A stretch of 64,000 nt of DNA, taken from the NCBI GenBank assembly GCA_024679065.1, contig JAGIQG010000043.1:868001-932000 (forward strand), in the 5' to 3' direction. The notes under the pieces are model-generated. The model made no database searches. It had not been told where the DNA came from and saw nothing but the letters and a program-made list of their open reading frames with translations. This document shows, in pieces, positions 49,916 to 63,299 of this stretch (its first letter is position 1; the number at the start of each line of letters is the position of its first letter). The DNA comes from Sphyrna mokarran. Taxonomy: Eukaryota. A program made the translations under genes and the position numbers.

Positions 49916-51284
49916 TTACATTAACCCTATAACGAAGTAACTCTGAAAATCTTCTCGTCGCCACATTCTTGTGCCTGGTCGCGTCATTGAGAGAAAATTT
50001 AGCAACATCAATGCACTTCACCAGTACGTCTTTTGGGCTTTGGGAGAAAACCAGAGCACTCAGAGGACACCCACACAGACACGGGAAGAAAGTGCAGACT
50101 CCACACAGACTGTGATCTAAGTCGGGAATTAAACAACGATCCCTGTTTCTGTGAGGCAATAATGCTGCTCTCTATGCCACCGTGCCACCAGATTTTTCAT
50201 GGTGCAAGGATTAGTGAACCATGTGGCATAGATTTAAGGTAAGGGACAGGATGTTTGGAACCATAGGGTCCCTACTAAGCCAAAGGAGACTCCAAAGGAG
50301 ACTCTCTGAAAGGACGCCTTAACCAAAATCTGTTTTCAGATCTTTTACTCATTTTTTGAACCAAGGCTGGAAAGAAGTAGTTATCTGTGGAACTCTATGC
50401 CGCAGAAGGCTGTGGATGACACGTCATTGAGTGTCTTTAAGACAGAGATGGATAGATTATTGATTCATATGAGAATTGGATGTTATGGGGAAAAGGCAGG
50501 TGTATAGGGATGAGGAAAATATCAGCCATGATTGAATGGCAGGTCAGAATCAATGGGCGAGTGGCCTAATTCTGCTCATTTGTCTAATGGTTTTATGCCC
50601 TTATGATTGCACCGTTTTAATGCTTACATTCTAATAGCAGAAACCAACTCAATTCTCCCGTAAATCTGGGATAAATGCCAGAGTGGACACATGAGGACTT
50701 TCTATTTTATGTTATTATTATTCATTCACGGGGCATGGGAGTTGTTGGCAGGTTACCATTTATTGCCCATTCCTATTTGCCCATGAAAAATTCTGGAATC
50801 ACACTTAGGCCAGGCCAGACAAGGAATGGCAGATATCTTTTGCTAAAGGACATCTGTGAACCACATGTTTTTTTTCTTCCCCAACAATGCAGAATGATTT
50901 CCGAATCATGAATATATTCTTAATTCCAGGTATTTGTGCATTGAATAAATTAAAGAATTTCTTCACAGCAACATTTTTTTTTTCAGAGACTATATTCTGC
51001 CAACTATACTTATCTCTTATTGTTCGCTATCTTTGGTCACTTATCTTTTATCCACAGTTGGTGCTTGGCCTAAAATTCTGATAAAAAAAAACCCTCATCT
51101 CCAAAACTGCCCATATTGTCAATGTAGTAAACACACATCTTTTATTCTGGGGCAAGGGAATTAGAACCCGAGCCATGTGTTCAATTCTAACCTTTGAGCG
51201 AATGTCTGTGTGGAGTTTGAACGTTCTTCCCGATTCTGTGTTGGTTTTCTCAGGGCGCATCCGTTCATTTCCCCACTCCAAAGA

Positions 51285-51656
51285 TAGAACATAGAACATA
51301 GAACATAGAACATTACAGCACAGAACAGGCCCTTCGGCCTTCGATGTTGCGCCGACCAATATAAAAAGCAATGCCCCTCCAAACTAAACTATTCCCTTCT
51401 CTTCCATATACTTATCAACTAACTCTTAAACACCACCAAACTTGGCGCATCTACAACCGCTGCAGGCAGGGCATTCCACTCCCGAACCACCCTTTGGGTA
51501 AAGAATCTGCCTCTGATATCCGTCCTATAACTATCACCCCTTAATTTAAAGCTGTGTCCCCTCGTGCTAGCTTTTTCCATCCTAGGAAAAAGGCTTTCAC
51601 TGTCCACCCTATCTAAACCTCTAATCATCTTATATGTTTCGATCAGGTCCCCTCTT
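51285..51656 (-). mobile_element. CR1 3' fragment inserted in a SINE
   Basis: Near-identical to 1640-2010. Confidence 0.9.
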
Positions 51657-51659
51657 AAG

Positions 51660-52055
51660 ATATGCAAGTGAGGTGAATTGGTCATGCCAAATTGTTCCCT
51701 CATGTTCCAGAATGTGTAGGCTATGTGGATGGCCGTGCTAAATTGTCCCTTATAGGCCAAACATGCATAAGTTAGTTATTGGCCGTGCTAAATTGTCCAT
51801 TACCATCTAAAAATGCGTGGGATACATGAACTGGCTATTATTCATTCTCCCCTTAGTATCCAAAGATAAGTAGATTAGGTGGAATGGTCATGCTAAATTG
51901 GCCTTTCGTGTCTGAAGATGTACAGTTTCGGTGGACTGGCCATGCTAATTTTCCCCTTAGTGTCCAAAGGTGTGCAGGTTAGGTGGATTGGTCATACTAC
52001 ATAGCCGTTTTGTTTCCAAAGATATGCAGGTTATGTGGATTGGACATGCTCAACT
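51660..52055 (+). repeat. Degenerate ~52-bp minisatellite derived from an internal SINE segment (about 8 units)
   Basis: Unit approximately gtccaaagatgtgcaggttaggtggattggccatgctaaattgccccttagt. Confidence 0.8.
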
Positions 52056-54449
52056 GCTGTCAGTGTCATGGAGATTACTGGAGTAAATACCAGAGGTTAA
52101 GTGTATATGGCGTGTTTGACATTATTGACAGTGATTTTTTTTGATTAGCTGAATATCCTATTTCTATGCTGGGGACATATGATTATTATAATTCGGTTTA
52201 TATCCTTTTCCTTAATTGTTTTTGGTGGATACACCACATTTTTCCTTCGTTAATATTTGTTTTGATTTGAATTAAACATGCACGCTAAACTACACATCAG
52301 ATCACCACACAACACAGTTGGAGACCATTCCATCATTCGTTCCTCTGCTGGACCTTTGCAGATTTATCTAACTAGTCCCCGCCCCCTCTTTTCTTGTATA
52401 CCCCATATCTTGCCACTTTTGTCTCCATCACATTTTTAAGCAAATCCCCCTTTTGAAATTTCCAATTGCGCTGTAATGTTCTATGATCTNNNNNNNNNNN
52501 NNNNNNNNNNNNNNNNNNNNNNNNNNNNNNNNNNNNNNNNNNNNNNNNNNNNNNNNNNNNNNNNNNNNNNNNNNNNNNNNNNNNNNNNNATCATAAATAC
52601 TCCAACCATTGCAATAAATCTCAACAAAAAAATGTTTTTTTTTTAAATTCCTTGAGTACCTTCTGGTAAATGTATGTTCTGCAAAAGAACATGAAAGCTA
52701 TCTGAATCATAAAATCATAGAACCTGTGAATTTGACTGATTGAACCGGTAAGAGCAACAGTCCCCTCAAGACCTATTTCTCATAATACCAGGTATTTACG
52801 CTGGTAATCTTCTGGACCGTAGTGGGAATTTTAGAAGGGCAAATCAATCTAAACTGCCCATCTTTAGACAGTAAGGGGCAAATAAAATGGCCAGTCCACC
52901 CAATAAGCTCGTTCGGTCTGTGAGTGGAAACTGAAGCATCTGTGGAAACCCACACAGACACGGGGAGAGGTGCAAACTCCACACAGATGGTCACCCACGG
53001 ATCTAACTAAACAAGGGTCTCTGGCGCTGTGAGGCAGCATTGCTGACCACTGTGCTACTGTGCCGCTCATACTGGAATGTCAGAATATCCTAATGCTTCA
53101 AGCTTTACAAGAATCCTGATTTTCAGATCTTTCCACTCGAGTGAATAGTTTCACATGTTTCAATATCATATAACACAGTCCACTTAATTAGTCAATTAAT
53201 TACGGTTAGAGTTAGAACGGGAAGTGAAACCAGATATCCTCATGCTTGTAACAACAGTTGTGGGGAGTTTATTAGGATATGCTGTCATACCTAATATGAA
53301 CAAATACTTCACTGAAATGAACTGAGTAGAGAGTGCAACAATAATTTCATTAAAGTGTAATCCTGACTGATGAATATCAGATGAATATAATTGAAAATAC
53401 TTAGGAATTTACTAACCAGGGAGATAGCAAATTCTTTCTTAATGATAAGCGCATAATTCTCCCACAAAGTGACCAATAGCCGATTATTGTCAAACTCCGC
53501 ACTGCATGGAGTTAGAACTTTCAGGTTGTGGTTGAAAATTGATTGAGATATTGGGAAAACAGAGTGAAGGCAAAAAGATTGCCGGGTTGTGGGGAGTGCC
53601 CTTCATCAGTGAAGATTTGAGGTACATTTGCTCTTATACCATATTTGATGATGATTGTGATGACAGAATTGAGATTTGCATATTTGGATTACGTTGTCTC
53701 AGTGCGATGGTGATCTATTGAATTGAGAGTTTCAAATTAGAATTGGATCTTTTTGTGACGTTAAATAAATGCAGGGCTTTGGGAAAAGCCATTGGAATGG
53801 TGAGAGTAGCACTGCTGTTTCAGAAAAGGTGCAGGAAACAATGACATCGGAGTCGAAAAACGGGAAGTGGAATTTCAAACCGTCGCGATGGTCCTGACAT
53901 TCCGTTGGGTCAGATGTGATTACTGACCTCATCCACATTTTCTAACAGCATCACAATTTCATTTAATGCCACCTATCTCTAGGGATCTAGCGACATTTGC
54001 GTTGATCATTCCCAATGACTGAGTTTAGGCAGCTCTCTAGAATAGACTATTCAAAGATTCATCACTATGAACTTAACACCTTCCTTGTTCAAAATGTCCT
54101 CTCCAGCTCCTGAGATCAGCCAGCCCCAGGTATTTAATTCATCAACCACGGGGAACCTTATCCAGTGCATTCTATTGCAATCTGTAACACCACATGCAGA
54201 ATTGAGCGTTCGCCTCATTTTTCAAAGTTGTCGGAAATGTGCATTATGTCTCATCAATCTCTTCTCAGACAAATCCTTTTCCGAAATATTGATCAGTATC
54301 CTCAAAGTATGACCATGAGTTCTGGACTCCCCCACATTGGAAACTTTCTTTCTGCATCCACCATCTCAAACCCATGAAAAAATCGATACGTTTCCATGAG
54401 ATTCTTTCTCAGTCTTCCCAACTCCACTGAGTATAATCCTATACGATAT

Positions 54450-54890
54450 ACAGGATGTGGAAACTATTGAGAGGTGCGGAGGAGACTTACAAGGATATAG
54501 CCAGGATCCGGAGGCATGCCTTATGAATATAGATTGGGGGAGCTAAGTCGCTTCTCCCTGGCAAGACGAAGGTTGAGAGTCGACCTGATAAAGGTTTATA
54601 AAATGTTGAGAGGAATAGAAAGGGTGGATTCTTGGAGGCTATTTCCCAGGGCTGAAATGATCGCTACGAGAGGACATAGGTTTAAGGTGCTGGGCAGCCA
54701 GAGGAGATATTGGGGGTAAGTTCTTCACTGAGAGGGTGGTGAGTGAATGGAATCGGATGCCGTCGGTGATGGTGGAGGCGAACTCGCTGGGGTTACAGAT
54801 AATTCTATGGCTTCGTATGTATGGGTATGATCGGCACAACTTGTGGGCCGAAATGCCTGATTGTGCTGTAGTGTTTTATGTTCTATGTTC
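54450..54890 (+). mobile_element. CR1 3' fragment
   Basis: FSLARRRLRVDLIKVYK; ttctatg tail. Confidence 0.8.
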
Positions 54891-57715
54891 CATATCTTTT
54901 CTCATGTGAGAGATCTGCCTTCTCAGGAATCAGCCTGGTGAACTTTCACTGTACTCTCTCTACATCCTTCCTCATTCAAGGACACCACAGATGCACAAAA
55001 TACTCCAGCTGTGGCGTACCAACGCCCAATGCAATTGCTGCAAAACATCCCTTTCCATATACTTAAATCTTCACGCTATGAAGGCTAGCATACCATTTTC
55101 CTTCTTTAATCCCCACTCCAGCTACGCACTTTGTTTCTGTGACTGATGCCCGCCGAAACCAAGATCTCGTTGAGTACCTGTATCTGTTAAGTTATATCTA
55201 TTCAAATAATGTTCTACCTTCCTATTTTTGCTACCAAAGTGGATGAACTCACATTTATCCCCATTATTAAACATGAGCTATTCGTGCGCAAATACCTTCG
55301 GATCCTTCACTGTAAAGTGAATCAGAACAACTTGACTCAAAATGTTTAAACATTATGAGACAGATAAGGTTTTGTACTACTATTTACTCTGATCAAGGAG
55401 GAAACGTTGGCCTTGTTTTATTGCCCTGAACTATTAATCCTGAAATTCAGCTAATGCTCTCGGGATCCAGATTAATCCTTGTCTCGGCAGGTGCTGGGAA
55501 TTGCAACTGTATGAAGCTTCGACTCGGCCGCAAATGGAGTATTGCATTCGATTCTGGTCGCCACACTGTAGGCAGAACATAGTTGCTTTGGAAAGTTTGC
55601 AGCAGAGGTTAAGCAGGGATGCTGCCTAGATTAGGACGTTTAAGCTATACGTTTTGACAATCAAGTTTAAGATTTATTTTAAAGAAAGGTAAAGGCAGAG
55701 CGATTTAGGGATAGAGCTCCAGATCTGTGGTCCGAGTCAGCTTACTACAAAGCAGGAAAGTTGGGGTGATGGAAGTTGGCGGATTTGCGAGACGCCGAAA
55801 TCAATTTTAGTCCCTTTTCCGGAGTCCGCTTTGAAGATTAAATTAGACATTGATTTTAGGGGTAAAGGAATCAAGGGATATGGTGAATCGGAGCGGGGAA
55901 GGGAGGTGGTAGGTGGAGGTGGGGGGTGACTGGAGGAGAGAGCACCTGGATATTGAATGAGAGTTTTTTGAATGAGAAGGGAATTACGGGTTACGGGGAG
56001 AAAACGGGAAAGTGGCACTGAACCTCTACAGATCAGCCATGATCTTATTGAATGGCGGGGCAAGCTCACGGGTTGGATGGCCTACTCCTGCTCTATTTAT
56101 TATGATCTTATGCCATACTCAAAACGAATGGCGGAGCTCGGATTTCCGAGTGGCCTACACTTATTTCTAGTTTGTGAGTTTTAAATCCGGATTTCAATTC
56201 TCAGTTCTGTTCTTGAAACTTTGGCAGTTGATCCATGCCGTTACATCCGTGCATTGCCGAGGGAGCACTGCACTGTTGCTGAAATGTTGTTTTCAGTCGG
56301 AGGCATTAAGTTACTGCCAATCTTGGGCAGATGTAAAAGTGTAAAATGAAACTATATCAGAAGAAAGTAAAGACAGGATTCTGGACTCATGTTTATCTTT
56401 TATAAGGAGGAAGTGGTGGTCTCATAGTATTTTCGTTGGACTTTTGATCCAGAAATGTAGCCAATGATCTGGGGCCCATGTCCGATTCCTCCCTGATACT
56501 GGAATTTTCAGCTGTTTCTAATATTGACTCGGCCCAATTTGGAATGTTGTGTTTAATTCTGGCCGCCGCATTGCACGAAGGATGTGAATGCTTTTGAAAG
56601 ATCAGAAGATGTTCACTAGGATGTTGCCCAGATTCCAACATGGAAGCTGTAAGGAGAGGTTGGAGAAACGAGGGCTGTGTTCTCTGCAGTGGCGAAGGCT
56701 GATGGGAGATCTGATAGAGAAATTATGAAAACTACACATAGTGTTGACAGCCAGAACATTTTCCCCAGAGTTGAAATGTATAGTTTAAGTGAAGGTCAGT
56801 TCGATAGGGAATTTCAAAAGAGACGAGAGATGCAAGTTTTTTTCTTTTACACAGAGAGTGGTAGGTGTCTGAAACTCGCTGATAGAGTTGGTGGCAGACG
56901 AAAATATAATTGGTGTGTTTAAGGAGCTTTTTTTTTTAAATGAGAACATTAATGCTCACGGAATGGAGGGATATGGACGAAGGGAAGACAGAAGGGTTTA
57001 GTTTAAGTTGACGTGATGGCCGGCACAACAACATGAGCCGAAGGGCCTGTTCCTGTGCTGCACTTTTCTATGTTTTAGTAAAAGCAGCCTGGAATTAAGA
57101 CTTTACTGATGATCATGAAACCAATCTCGATTGTTGTAAAAATCCAATTTGCGGATTAATGCCCTTTAAGGAAGGAAATCGGGCGTCCTGACCTGGAACG
57201 CCTGAAATACGGTTCCAGAGCCACCGCTTTGTTTCTCAAATGCCTCTCAAAATTAATTCTCAAATGCCTTCCAAGAGTAACGAAGGATATGTTTAAACTG
57301 CTAGCTAACTGGCGTCGCTCATGTGCTACCAATGCAAGAAAAATAACAGTTGAAAGTTAGCCTATCAAGTCATTAGTACTTTTCTGTCCTAAAGATGTTG
57401 TATTGGGAAGTCTATTGCTGAGTACAGAACGTTACTGCCGTTCCAAATATGCTTCAGTTACTGTAAAGAACCATGAAACATCTTGTAGGCGGGGTTGTTG
57501 CTATATTAAGCACATGACTATCATATTTCTGACACAACGACAAACATGTCCTGTTGTAGACCAAACAAAGCAAAGAGGTAGCACTAATTGCTTGCATACT
57601 AGCCCTTCGATGGCTCTGGTATGCACAGCTTTCAATTCATATTCTTTGTTACCGAATTGTATAAAATGCAAAGCGCAATTTGGGCCCATCTGGCCAACCT
57701 GTTCGGTGCTATTCT

Positions 57716-58090
57716 TATAGAACATAGAACATTGCAGCGCAGAACAGGCCCTTCGTCCTTCGATGTTGCGCCGACAATTAGGAAAAAACAATAACCCTAC
57801 AACCTAAACCATTCCCTTTTCTTCCATAAACTTATCCACTAAACTCTTAAATGCCACCAAACTTGGCGAATCTACAAATGCCGCAGGCAGGGCATTCCAT
57901 ACCCTAACCACCCTCTGGGTAAAGAACGCACCTCTGATATCCATCCTATAACTACCACCCCTTAATTTAAAGATATGTCCCCTCGTGCTAGCTTTCTCCA
58001 TCCTAGGAGAAAGGCTATCACTGTCCACCCTATCTAAACCTCTAATCATCTTATATGTTTCTATAAGGTCTCCTCTTAGCCGCCTTCTTT
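57716..58090 (-). mobile_element. CR1 3' fragment
   Basis: ORF 57804-58049; tagaac tail. Confidence 0.9.
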
Positions 58091-58766
58091 CTTATTGCCC
58101 CAAGCTTGCCTCATCCTATTTCCTCTTCATATCACCCCATCAACATGTCCTTCTATTCATTTCTTTCTGTTCCCTCCCTCCAACTCACTCATTACATTCA
58201 TTTTTCTCATTCATCTCAATCATTAGCCGTGATAGTGTCCTCTACATACTTCCACTTTTGTTCCGTCGGGTAAAAACAAAATGGAAAAGTCTGCGAACAG
58301 GTAGCAAGCGACTCGAGAACAAGCTCTTTCCCTGCTGCCATCGGACATTTGAGTGGACGGGCCATATATTGAGATGGTCTTTCTCGCCAACCTAGTTATG
58401 ACTGTGACATTATAATCTGCAACCTCTCCTTTCCTTTTCCCCATGTACTCTATGTGTAGTATGCTTTGTCACAATAGCACAAACGAAGCAATACCTTTCA
58501 TTGTATATCAATATATGTGAAAATATTAAATCCAATCTATGCACATTATGAACGGTATGGTTTGTTTGTGTAGTGCGAGAAATGATACTTTTCACTGTAC
58601 GGCAATAATACGTATTAACGGTGGCAATAACCGATCACATCAATTCGAATCAAATCCAACCAAGTTCTCCCGAATGTCTTAAATTTTCTATTTAATTTAC
58701 TGGTGACTAGCTTAAACTGTTGACCAATTTATTAGAAATCCTACATCCGTCCTTTCAACAATTCTT

Positions 58767-59458
58767 GAAGGATCTTGGTGTATGTGTCAATAGATCCCTG
58801 AAAGTAGGCAGTCAAGTGGATAAAGTTGTTAAGAAGGCATATGGAGTCTGAGCTTTTATTGGTAGGGGGATTGAATTTAGGAGCCGCAGCATCATGTTGC
58901 AACTGTACAAAACTCTAGTGCGGCCGCCCTTGGAGTATTGTGTGCAGTTCTGGTCGCCACATTATAAGAAAGATGTGGAGGCATTGGAGAGGGTACAGAG
59001 GAGGTTTACCAGGAATGTTGCCTGGTATGGAGGTCAGGTCTTATGAGGAGAGGCTGAGGGATTTGAGGTTGTTTTCGTTAGAAAGGAGGCAGCTAAGAGG
59101 GGACCTTATCGAAACATATAAGATGATTAGAGGTTTAGATAGGGTGGACAGTGATAGCCTTTTCCTAGGATGGAGAAAGCTAGCACGAGGGGACACAGCT
59201 TTAAATTAAGGGGTATGAGTTATAGGACGGATATCAGAGGTAGTTTCTTTACTCAAAGAGTGATTAGGGAGTGGAATGCCCTGCCTGCAGCTGTTGTATA
59301 TGCGCCAAGTTTGGTGGCGTTTAAGAGGTTAGTTGATAAGTATATGGAAGAGAAGGGAATGGTTTAGTTAGGAGGGGCATTGCTTTTTATTTTGGTCGGC
59401 ACAACATCAAAGGCCGAAGGGCCTGTTCTGTGCTGTATTGTCCTATGTTCTATGTTCT
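58767..59458 (+). mobile_element. CR1 3' portion
   Basis: Near-identical to 31020-31698. Confidence 0.92.
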
Positions 59459-59669
59459 AATTCCGTGTTTGCAATCGTCTCTTTCTTCTCAATCCTTAAT
59501 CGTAGCTTGTTTTAGAAAGAAGAACTCCTAGCTATTCAATGTTCACTGATAGTTAAAAGCTTTCAGATCTGCTGTCAATGTTGTGAATATTTCGAACAAC
59601 TATTCCATCGGCATCTTTATCATTACCAGATTAGGAAGCTCCGTGCTCTGTTTTCTAAGTCGGTAAGAA

Positions 59670-60140
59670 TATAAGAACATGAGAAATAGGAGCAGGAGTA
59701 GGCCATCTAGCCCCTCGCGCATGCCCCGTCATTCATTAAGATCATAGCCGATTGGAAGTAGATCAGTTCCGCTTTCCCGCTTTCTCTGCATAGCACTTAA
59801 TTCTCTTGTCTATCAGAAACCTATCAACTGGTGACATAAATATATTCAGCGAGGTAGCCTCCACCACTTCAACGGGCAGAGAATTCCAAAGATTCACCAC
59901 CTTTTGAGTGAAGAAGTTCCTCTTCAACTCCGATCTAAACAGCCCCCCCCTCGCCTTATTTTGAGGCTGTACCCTGTAGTCCTGCTATCCTTTCTAAGCG
60001 GGAAGAATTTCTCTACCTCTGCCCTATCCATCCCCTTCATTATCTTTTATGTCTCTATAAGATCTCCCCACAGCCTTCTAAACTCCAATGAGTACAAACC
60101 GAGTTTACTCAATCTTTCCTCACACGCCAACCCCCTCATC
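59670..60140 (-). mobile_element. Older CR1 3' fragment
   Basis: LGLYSLEFRRLWGDLI; similar to 10925-11410. Confidence 0.8.
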
Positions 60141-61124
60141 TCATCTGAGATGGTCCACCTGATATCATTAGATACGTGTGGTATTTTGCAAAATGTGCTC
60201 AGTGCGTTCCCACGCTTGGGCCTGCAGTAAACAGGAAAACCACAGAGAGCTTTCGACATCAATTTTATTTTCCAAAACCAATCGTGGATGTATTAATAAA
60301 CACAGAGCATAGCATTCACACTGAATATTTCACGCCTCCTTCACAGAAAGTACAAGACCGATTTCGGAGTGAGATTTGGATTGAGATTCACACTCCCACC
60401 GATTGGGTCAAGGACAATGAGTTTGTTTGGCGTCTGTGCATTGCTCCATCTCTTCCAGGGTGAGATATGCTTGACAAATTGTGGTAAAACGCATTCGGAC
60501 TTCTATACGGTAAATAGGGAGATACTAATTCCATTGCGGGTCTGTGATCAGAGAGACGCAGTTTTTGAAGTAAATCAGTAGCAATAACATATCCGGAGAC
60601 GGGAAGAATTATTTTAAACCTATTATTGCAAAATGAAGCGGCTGTTAATACGGGCGGTGTAAACAGATTCAAAGGGAGATTCGCGTGAAAAAAAAAATGT
60701 GATGAGAACAAAAATTTCAGAGGTATGGGGGAAACAAGAAAAGAGGGATTAGATAAATCTGTCAACGATGCAGCAGAGACACTGATGGCGGAACTGTCCC
60801 GAACTGTGCTCTGCAGTAATGTGATTGTGCAGTTTGGCATACACTTTAATATGAAACAAATCAAATATTAACAAAGTGGAAAATGTTGTATGTAAATTAA
60901 TAGCAATTCATGGAAAGGATATAAACAGAATCATCAAATGCCGAATTGAGCATGCCCAATCGACATATCTTTGGAGACAAAAGCGCGATGTAGTTTGGCC
61001 AATCCCCCTAACCCGCAATCTGTGGAAAATAAGGGGTAATTTAGCATGGCCAATAATCCTAAACTACACATCTTTGGACTTTAAGGGGCAATTTAGCACG
61101 GCCAATCCGTATCTCTTACAAGTT

Positions 61125-62572
61125 CTGGGAGGACTGGAGGATGGCGAATGTGGTCCCACTGTTTAAGAAGGGGAAGAGAGACCTTCCTGGGAATTATAGG
61201 CCAGTGAGTCTTACTTCTGTGGTGGGCAAGGTATTGGAGAGAATTATTAGGGATAGGATTTATAGTTATTAGAGAGAAATGAATTGATTGGGGATAGTCA
61301 GCATGGTTTCGTGAAGGGTAGGTCATGCCTTACTAACCTCATTGAGTTTTTTGAGAAGTGACCAAAGAGGTGGATGGGGGTAAGGCGGTTGATGTAGTAT
61401 ATATGGACTTTAGTAAGGCGTTTGATAAGGTGGCCCATGGAAGACTTCTACAGAAAATGCCGATGTGTGGAATAGAGGGTGATTTAGCTAATTGGATTAG
61501 GAATTGGCTGGCAGATAGAAGACAGAGGGTGGTGGTTGATGGGAGATATTCATCGTGGAGTTCGGTGACAAGTGGTGTACCTCAGGGTCTGTTTTGGGGC
61601 CCCTGCTGTTTGTAATTTTTATAAATGATCTGGATGAGGGTATTGAGGGATGGATGAGTAAATTTGCAGACGATACTAAAGTTGGTGGAGTGGTAGATAG
61701 TGAAGAGGGGTGTTTTAGTTTACAGAGTGACTTGGACAAGTTGCAGAGCGGGGCCGAGAGGTGGCAAATGGAGTTTAATGTGGAAAAGTGTGAGGTAATG
61801 CACTTTGGCAGGAACAATAAATGTGTAGAGTATAGGGCTAATGGTAGGGCTCTTAATAGTGTTGAGGAACAGAAGGCTCTTGGTGTATGTGTCAATAGAT
61901 CCCTGAAAGTAGGCAGTCAAGTGGATAAAGTTGTTAAGAAGGCTTATGGAGTCTTAGCTTTTATTGGTAGGGGGATTGAATTGAGGAGCCGCAGCATCAT
62001 GTTGCAGCTGTACAAAACTCTAGTGCGGCCGCACTTGGAGTATTGTGTGCAGTTCTGGTCCCCGCATTATAAGAAAGATGTGGAGCATTGGAGAGGGTAC
62101 AGAGGAGGTTTACCAGGATGTTGCCTGGTATGGAGGGCAGGTCTTATGAAGAGAGGCTGAGGGATTTGAGGTTGTTTTTCGTTAGAAAGGAGGCGGCTAA
62201 GAGGGGACCTAATCGAAACATATAAGATGATTAGAGGTTTAGATAGGGTGGACAGTGATAGCCTTTTCCTAGGATGGAGAAAGCTAGCACGAGGGGACAC
62301 AGCTTTAAATTAAGGGGTATGAGTTATAGGACGGATATCAGAGGTAGGTTCTTTACTCACAGAGTGATTGGGGAGTGGAATGCCCTGCCTGCAGCTGTTG
62401 TAGATGCGCCAAGTTGGGTGGCGTTTAAGAGGTTAGTTGATAAGTATAGGGATGAGAAGGGAATGGTTTAGTTAGGAGGGGCATTGCTTTTTATTTTGGT
62501 CGGCACAACATCGAAGGCCGAAGGGCCTGTTCTGTGCTGTATTGTTCTATGTTCTATGTTCTATGTTCTATG
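61125..62572 (+). mobile_element. CR1 LINE, RT to 3' end (frameshifted), inserted in a SINE
   Basis: Near-identical to 30275-31698. Confidence 0.93.
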
Positions 62573-63299
62573 ATACCAAGAGCTGATTTTGCATGGCCAT
62601 TTCACATAAACTGCATGTATTTTGAGTATGGGAGGGAACCAGAGCACTCAGAAGAAATCCACGGAGACACGGGGAGAGCGTACAAACTCCACACAGGCAC
62701 TCGCTCAAGGTCAGAATAAAACATAAGGCTCGGGTTCATTGTTAAGTGTACCCGGGATTAAAGCTGTATTCATTCTTCATTGACAACATGAGCATCTGTG
62801 GAGAAGAGTTCTATTCAAGTAGAATGTTAGACTAAATTATCAACTCAGCCCAAAGATAGCGCATAAGAAGCAAAGAGCACAGAGGACAGAATATATTCTC
62901 TGAAAATGTTTGCTTTGTCGAAGTTCTTTAATTTATTACATTTACAAATATCTGGAATTAAGAATCTACTGATGACTATGAAATCATTCTCAGTTGCCAG
63001 AAACGCCCATGAGGTTCACTGATATCCTTAGGCAAAGAAATCTGCCGTCCTTATCTGGTCTGGCCTGGATGGGACACAAGAGCCACTCCATTGTGGTTCG
63101 TTCTTAGCCATTCTCCAACTGCAAATAGGGATGGCCAATAAAAGCTAACGAGCCAGCGACGCCCAGGTCCCATGAATAAACAATAAAAAATCATACAATT
63201 CCCATGTAATCACTCCGATATTTCAACGAGATTTGTAGGAGAATTGAGTCAGATCCACCTTTAGATTGTGAGCACGAAAACGGTGTAATCATAACACTG

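Noticed and set aside
51660-52055. CRISPR-like appearance of regularly spaced repeats
   Set aside because: Vertebrate context; the units are contiguous degenerate tandem copies of SINE sequence with no unique spacers and no cas genes.
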